In this document: piece after piece, positions 29,105 through 32,895 of the stretch
Position numbering within the stretch: position 1 is the stretch's first letter
Layout of the letters: the number at the start of each line of letters is the position of its first letter
Virus record (IMG/VR): IMGVR_UViG_3300031597_000003
Coordinates: 1 to 32,895 of that record
Length of the DNA stretch: 32,895 nt
Reading direction: 5' to 3' (one strand)
From: a virus
Program-made: the position numbers and the translations under genes
Notes under the pieces: model-generated
What the model was told of the DNA's origin: nothing
Database searches by the model: none
Seen by the model: the letters and a program-made list of their open reading frames with translations, nothing else

Positions 29105-32001
29105 TCTTTCTCTCTTTCCAAGAAGGCTTCTGCTCCACCACCAAACAGGTTGTACATAGCCCGTCCAATAAGCGGTACGCTTCTTCCGGTTTTTGCGGGG
29201 ACTCCCTCTCCAGATAATATACCGCCACCTGCCGTGAATAAATCTTTGCCAAGATTGGCAAGGGCGGTGGTAGGAGGGGAGACTGTCTCTTGTACAAGCC
29301 CAACAAAGTCACCGCTCTTTAGATTATTTTCTACAGCGTACCGCGAAGTCATAGCTGTCATCATTAACTGGTCAAAGAAATTATCAGGTACGCGAGAGAT
29401 GTCAAACTCCCTGCCCTGCATCCAGTTCTTCGCTTCTTGAACCGTGGCGTTACCCATTGTGACTATTCCAAGATACGATGCAGTCAGTTTTGCCGCTTCA
29501 GTGTAGTTGCCTTTCTTTAACTCATCGCCCACGCTGTTGCGTATCATGTCTAGCTGCTTGATACCGAAACTTTTTAGGTTGTAGAACACCCTGCCGTTTG
29601 GCACTTGCAAATACTTGAGAGGCATTTCTAAGAGAGAGATTGGCTGATGTCCTGATAGCTCGCTAAACATTAGCAGCTTGACATTATCTGTCACTGCGCC
29701 CGCCTGTAGGTCTGATACCAGAGACTCAAACTCAGCGCCGTAGACTTTGCCCCACTTTTCGCGCAGCTTTTGTACGCCCTTAGCAGACTTCGCAAGGTTT
29801 TTATTCATCTTAAACGCAGCCTCTAGAGCTACGTCTTTACCAAGTCTGTCCATCGCTCTAAAGCCAGAGTATGTTAACGCTCCGTCTAACAGCTTTGCTA
29901 GGCCAGAGGCGTCCCCTGCGTCTTCAGCTATAACTTTCGTGATGCCAAGCGACAAAGAATCTATTTGTGTCTTGCTTGCCACGCTATCTAGTATTGACGA
30001 TAGCGTATTCTTAATGCCGTAACGATGAGCCGCTACAAATAAATCGCCTAGCTGAGTTGTCGCAGAAATCGGATTGCCAAGCAGTATGGTATTACTGATA
30101 TTCTTTAGCGCGCTAAATACTTTGTTCATGCTTTGATTGCCGCTAATAAATCTAGCAGACATGTATTTTTGCAGCTCTTCTACACCAACATCATCAATTG
30201 CGCCTTCGTCTTTAAGTCGCTTCACATAAGAGCCAATACTGGCGTCTATATTTAACTCTCCTTCTTCGCTCTTAGTAGCAAGCTTGTGATTAAAGACTCT
30301 GCGCATTTCTGTGTCGTCTGTCATTCGCGTAATGTATTTAGTTAACGCATTGACGGGTCGGTCGTAGTAATTCAGCAAGTCTTTATCAAGCCGTGCGATG
30401 TTTCGGCTCTTGTATTGGCTTGGCGTAGCTGTGCCGCTAATGGGCTGACGACTGTTACGCAAGAAGTCATCTAGCACGGCAGTCTGCTGCGCCTCTGTTA
30501 GATCGTTAACAGTTTTAACAGAATCGTTTTTGAGTGATTTAACCTTTGCCTCAAGCATTCTTGTAAGCCTAGAATCATCTTTAGCTGTTAGTCCTAACGC
30601 CCTTCGAGTAGCGTCTACGTTGTTATTAAAACGTGGGAAGAAGTTTTCCAACTCTCTAGCATTGGGGTCAATACTCAATCTAGACTCATGAATGTCTTTA
30701 AGCACAGATTTTACGTTATCCATAACTTCATCAACACTTCGCGTTTTTCTTCTGCCAAGCGTTCCGGTTTTAACCTGCGTAATGCCGTAGCTTTTAAGAA
30801 GGTCTATTGCTTCGTCCATCTGTTGATTGTTAAGCAGTAACGCAAAGTCATCTCTCTGTGCAACAGGAAGCGCAGACTCTAATTTTTCAAAGCCTTGTAT
30901 GCGTTGCATGTAATCACCAACGCGAGACATCTTCGAAAGCTCAAACTCTTGCATGTACTTGTACAGCTCTGGGTTTATCTTTTTAATTTGAGTCGAAATA
31001 ACCCCAATAAAATCCGCAGGTAATCCTGATGGCACTGTGGCTCTGTCTAGCACATTTCTGTATTCTTTGATTGCCCTTGCAATTTCTGGGTGCGGAATGT
31101 CTAACTGATCCGTGGCATTATTAAGTATTTTTAACCCTTCTTCTGGCTCGATGTTTAACCTTTGTATCGCTGCTAACACAGGATTTTCTACATCTAATCC
31201 ATCTGCTTGTATCTCTATAATTTTAGAGTTAATTTTATCCATCTGCGCGTTAGCTTGTAGCGCAGCCTTTTCGCTTCGTTTTGCAGACGCAGCGGCTTTA
31301 AGTTTGTTATAGTTTGGCGCGATAGAACGGATCAATTTGTCTGCTCCTACGCCCAAAGCAGCACCGCCAACCGCAGCTATGCCTGTCATCATAGGGTCTA
31401 TCTTGCCTTCTTCCGCTAAGCCTCTGGTGGCTTCATAGCTACCACCAAGCAGCCCGCTAATAGCAGCAACTTTGCCAATACCTTTACCAACTGGCGCAAG
31501 GATACTTGGATCGGCTACACCTTTTGCAAATGCACCAAGCATACCTGCTGCTCCAGTATCAGCCCCTTCTTGCGCAAGTTTGCTTAGTAAAGGAAATTGG
31601 TTTTCCCGAACCTGATCTTTAAAAGCCTGTATCCTTTGTCGTCTTTCATCAAACGATAATTCGTCATAGTCTTCGCCGTATGCTTCACTAGGGCTTGTAT
31701 AAAACCCATTGCCCTGCCCAGATGGATCGCCAAAATACCCTAGTGGCAACGCCGCTTCTGCTAACACGGCTAGATTACCTGTAAGATTTGGAGATACATT
31801 AAACTCATACAAGAATCTATCGAACGCAGAGATATCGTCCATTCTATCTTGTACATTTTGAGGTCTGATTTGCTGAGGCGAGCTAGGAGTCACGCCAACA
31901 GACGCAGCGGCAAACCTGATAATGCTTTCTTGTGACGCTCCTTCAGGATGGTTAACTTGAACCACTTCTCCTGACGGCGTTGTAACTGGCGTTGTTGGCA
32001 T
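29101..32001 (-). CDS. 966-aa large internal virion / DNA-ejection-type protein.
   Basis: Last gene of the late operon. Gly/Ala-rich hydrophobic segments AAGMLGAFAKGVADPSILAPVGKGIGKVAAISGLLGG and MMTGIAAVGGAALGVGA. Long helical remainder. Position is analogous to T7 gp15/gp16. Confidence 0.75.
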   Translation of the reverse strand: MPTTPVTTPSGEVVQVNHPEGASQESIIRFAAASVGVTPSSPQQIRPQNVQDRMDDISAFDRFLYEFNVSPNLTGNLAVLAEAALPLGYFGDPSGQGNGFYTSPSEAYGEDYDELSFDERRQRIQAFKDQVRENQFPLLSKLAQEGADTGAAGMLGAFAKGVADPSILAPVGKGIGKVAAISGLLGGSYEATRGLAEEGKIDPMMTGIAAVGGAALGVGADKLIRSIAPNYNKLKAAASAKRSEKAALQANAQMDKINSKIIEIQADGLDVENPVLAAIQRLNIEPEEGLKILNNATDQLDIPHPEIARAIKEYRNVLDRATVPSGLPADFIGVISTQIKKINPELYKYMQEFELSKMSRVGDYMQRIQGFEKLESALPVAQRDDFALLLNNQQMDEAIDLLKSYGITQVKTGTLGRRKTRSVDEVMDNVKSVLKDIHESRLSIDPNARELENFFPRFNNNVDATRRALGLTAKDDSRLTRMLEAKVKSLKNDSVKTVNDLTEAQQTAVLDDFLRNSRQPISGTATPSQYKSRNIARLDKDLLNYYDRPVNALTKYITRMTDDTEMRRVFNHKLATKSEEGELNIDASIGSYVKRLKDEGAIDDVGVEELQKYMSARFISGNQSMNKVFSALKNISNTILLGNPISATTQLGDLFVAAHRYGIKNTLSSILDSVASKTQIDSLSLGITKVIAEDAGDASGLAKLLDGALTYSGFRAMDRLGKDVALEAAFKMNKNLAKSAKGVQKLREKWGKVYGAEFESLVSDLQAGAVTDNVKLLMFSELSGHQPISLLEMPLKYLQVPNGRVFYNLKSFGIKQLDMIRNSVGDELKKGNYTEAAKLTASYLGIVTMGNATVQEAKNWMQGREFDISRVPDNFFDQLMMTAMTSRYAVENNLKSGDFVGLVQETVSPPTTALANLGKDLFTAGGGILSGEGVPAKTGRSVPLIGRAMYNLFGGGAEAFLEREKD

Positions 32002-32010
32002 AACTAAATC

Positions 32011-32895
32011 CTATCGAGTTTCGGCAAGAGGCTTAGGATAAAAGGTTAATCGTTTTTGCGCTTCTTCTATTTTCTTTTTTTCTCTAGCAATGCGTTCTTT
32101 TCTATTCTGAATTCTAGGATTTGCCAAGTATCGAAGTTCGGCAGAGGCTTTTCTAATTACGTCTCTATTATCATCAACAAATCTTTTGTGCGTAGCTCCG
32201 CTATCTAACTCACCTGCTCTGACTCTGTCAAGCTGTTGTTCGTATTGTGCATCGCGACCATTGCCCATTCCTGTTCCTGATGTTGGAATACTAAAAGACT
32301 CCGCAGGACGACCCGCTGTTGGCACGTTAAACTCTTGATTTAAAAGACTAAATGGTACGTTAGGCACATTTTGAGTTTGAGCTTGCTCCGGTTGCGGGGT
32401 TGTTTGCGCAGTTTGATCTGGCACAGTTTCACCTGTATAAAAATCTTGAAACGCAGGATCATCTAACACGCTCGCGGTTTGTACAACTTGCGCATTAATA
32501 GTTCCGTTCTGAATATCTTCTAACGAAGAGTTTGCAATAGTCCGTGTTGCTGCTTGAAGAGTCAGCCCGTCTCGCGCTCGTAGCGTGTTTAATAAATCAA
32601 CAAGCCCTTGTTTTGCTAATAGAGGGTCACCGTCAAACCAAAAAGTTCTTTTCTTGCCTTCAATTAACTCGTTAAGCATTGGCGTGTTTTCAATATATTC
32701 TTCATACTTTTGTTGTTGGTTTTCAGTTAATTCTGGCACTGGTTTTAGCTCAGCGGTTTTAGGCTGATTAGTAGCGCGATCAAGTCTTATTGTTTGTGAG
32801 GGATTATTTTTGTCTCGCGCAACATTGTAGTTAACTATTTTATTGCCTTCCAGATATTGCGCTGTAGAGAACGTATAATCTGTTGCAGGAGTGGT
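32011..32895 (-). CDS. C-terminal part of the junction-spanning 554-aa protein (32769-32895 duplicates 1-127). The ORF track shows only 32011..32739, with a spurious GTG start.
   Basis: No in-frame stop between 32740 and 32895. Same frame as the ORF entered at 907. Confidence 0.8.
   Translation of the reverse strand, partial: TTPATDYTFSTAQYLEGNKIVNYNVARDKNNPSQTIRLDRATNQPKTAELKPVPELTENQQQKYEEYIENTPMLNELIEGKKRTFWFDGDPLLAKQGLVDLLNTLRARDGLTLQAATRTIANSSLEDIQNGTINAQVVQTASVLDDPAFQDFYTGETVPDQTAQTTPQPEQAQTQNVPNVPFSLLNQEFNVPTAGRPAESFSIPTSGTGMGNGRDAQYEQQLDRVRAGELDSGATHKRFVDDNRDVIRKASAELRYLANPRIQNRKERIAREKKKIEEAQKRLTFYPKPLAETR
32769..32895. repeat. Right copy of the 127-bp overlap.
   Basis: Identical to 1-127. 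Confidence 0.95.

Noticed and set aside
1-32895. Lysogeny module, tRNAs, mobile elements or a defence system; also the unique length being exactly 32768 (2^15).
   Set aside because: I could not recognise integrase, recombinase or transposase motifs, CI-type repressor, tRNA-like cloverleaf (no GTTCRANYC T-loop in the few non-coding gaps) or known defence-gene signatures. The power-of-two length is treated as coincidence.

Overview
The window is a complete, circularly closed tailed-phage genome. Bases 1-127 are identical to 32769-32895, so the unique length is 32768 bp. I found no rRNA, tRNA, CRISPR array, transposase or integrase.

Layout: two arms diverge from a 570-bp repeat-dense control region (19378-19949) and converge at 29101-29104, where the two stop codons overlap.

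Minus arm (19377 down through the junction to 29101, about 23 kb): a tightly packed late operon, with many TAATG/ATGA start-stop overlaps. In order it encodes:
- an AT-hook protein
- a T4-type lysozyme
- a 46-aa basic protein
- TerL
- portal
- three small ORFs
- scaffold
- major capsid
- a GNRA-hairpin attenuator
- a 94-aa basic protein
- a 1560-aa tail fibre
- an HTH-metallophosphoesterase fusion
- three small membrane proteins, including a 3-TM holin
- an acidic 417-aa protein
- gp11-like adaptor
- gp12-like nozzle
- a 77-aa fibre-like stub
- three large internal virion proteins

One internal virion protein (554 aa) is split by the linearisation point and is missing from the ORF track as a single ORF.

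Plus arm (19950-29104, about 9 kb): early genes.
- small acidic proteins
- a Cys-cluster protein
- HTH proteins
- a Zn-ribbon / replisome-organiser / DnaB-type helicase trio
- an Erf + YqaJ-exonuclease + mini-SSB recombination module
- NinB-like, NinG-like and PD-(D/E)XK-like proteins
- a DUF3310 protein

I could not recognise a DNA polymerase, RNA polymerase, primase catalytic domain, integrase or CI-type repressor.

Most worth a second look:
- the late-operon HTH + Mre11-like phosphoesterase
- the giant fibre with three roughly five-unit beta-propeller-type repeat arrays
- the 79-aa protein ending in an SSB-like acidic tip (EDMPF)
- the iteron-packed divergent control region
- matched GNRA-tetraloop hairpins after the capsid and SSB-like genes

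All family assignments come from motif reading and memory, not searches. I did not find an unambiguous new multi-gene system.
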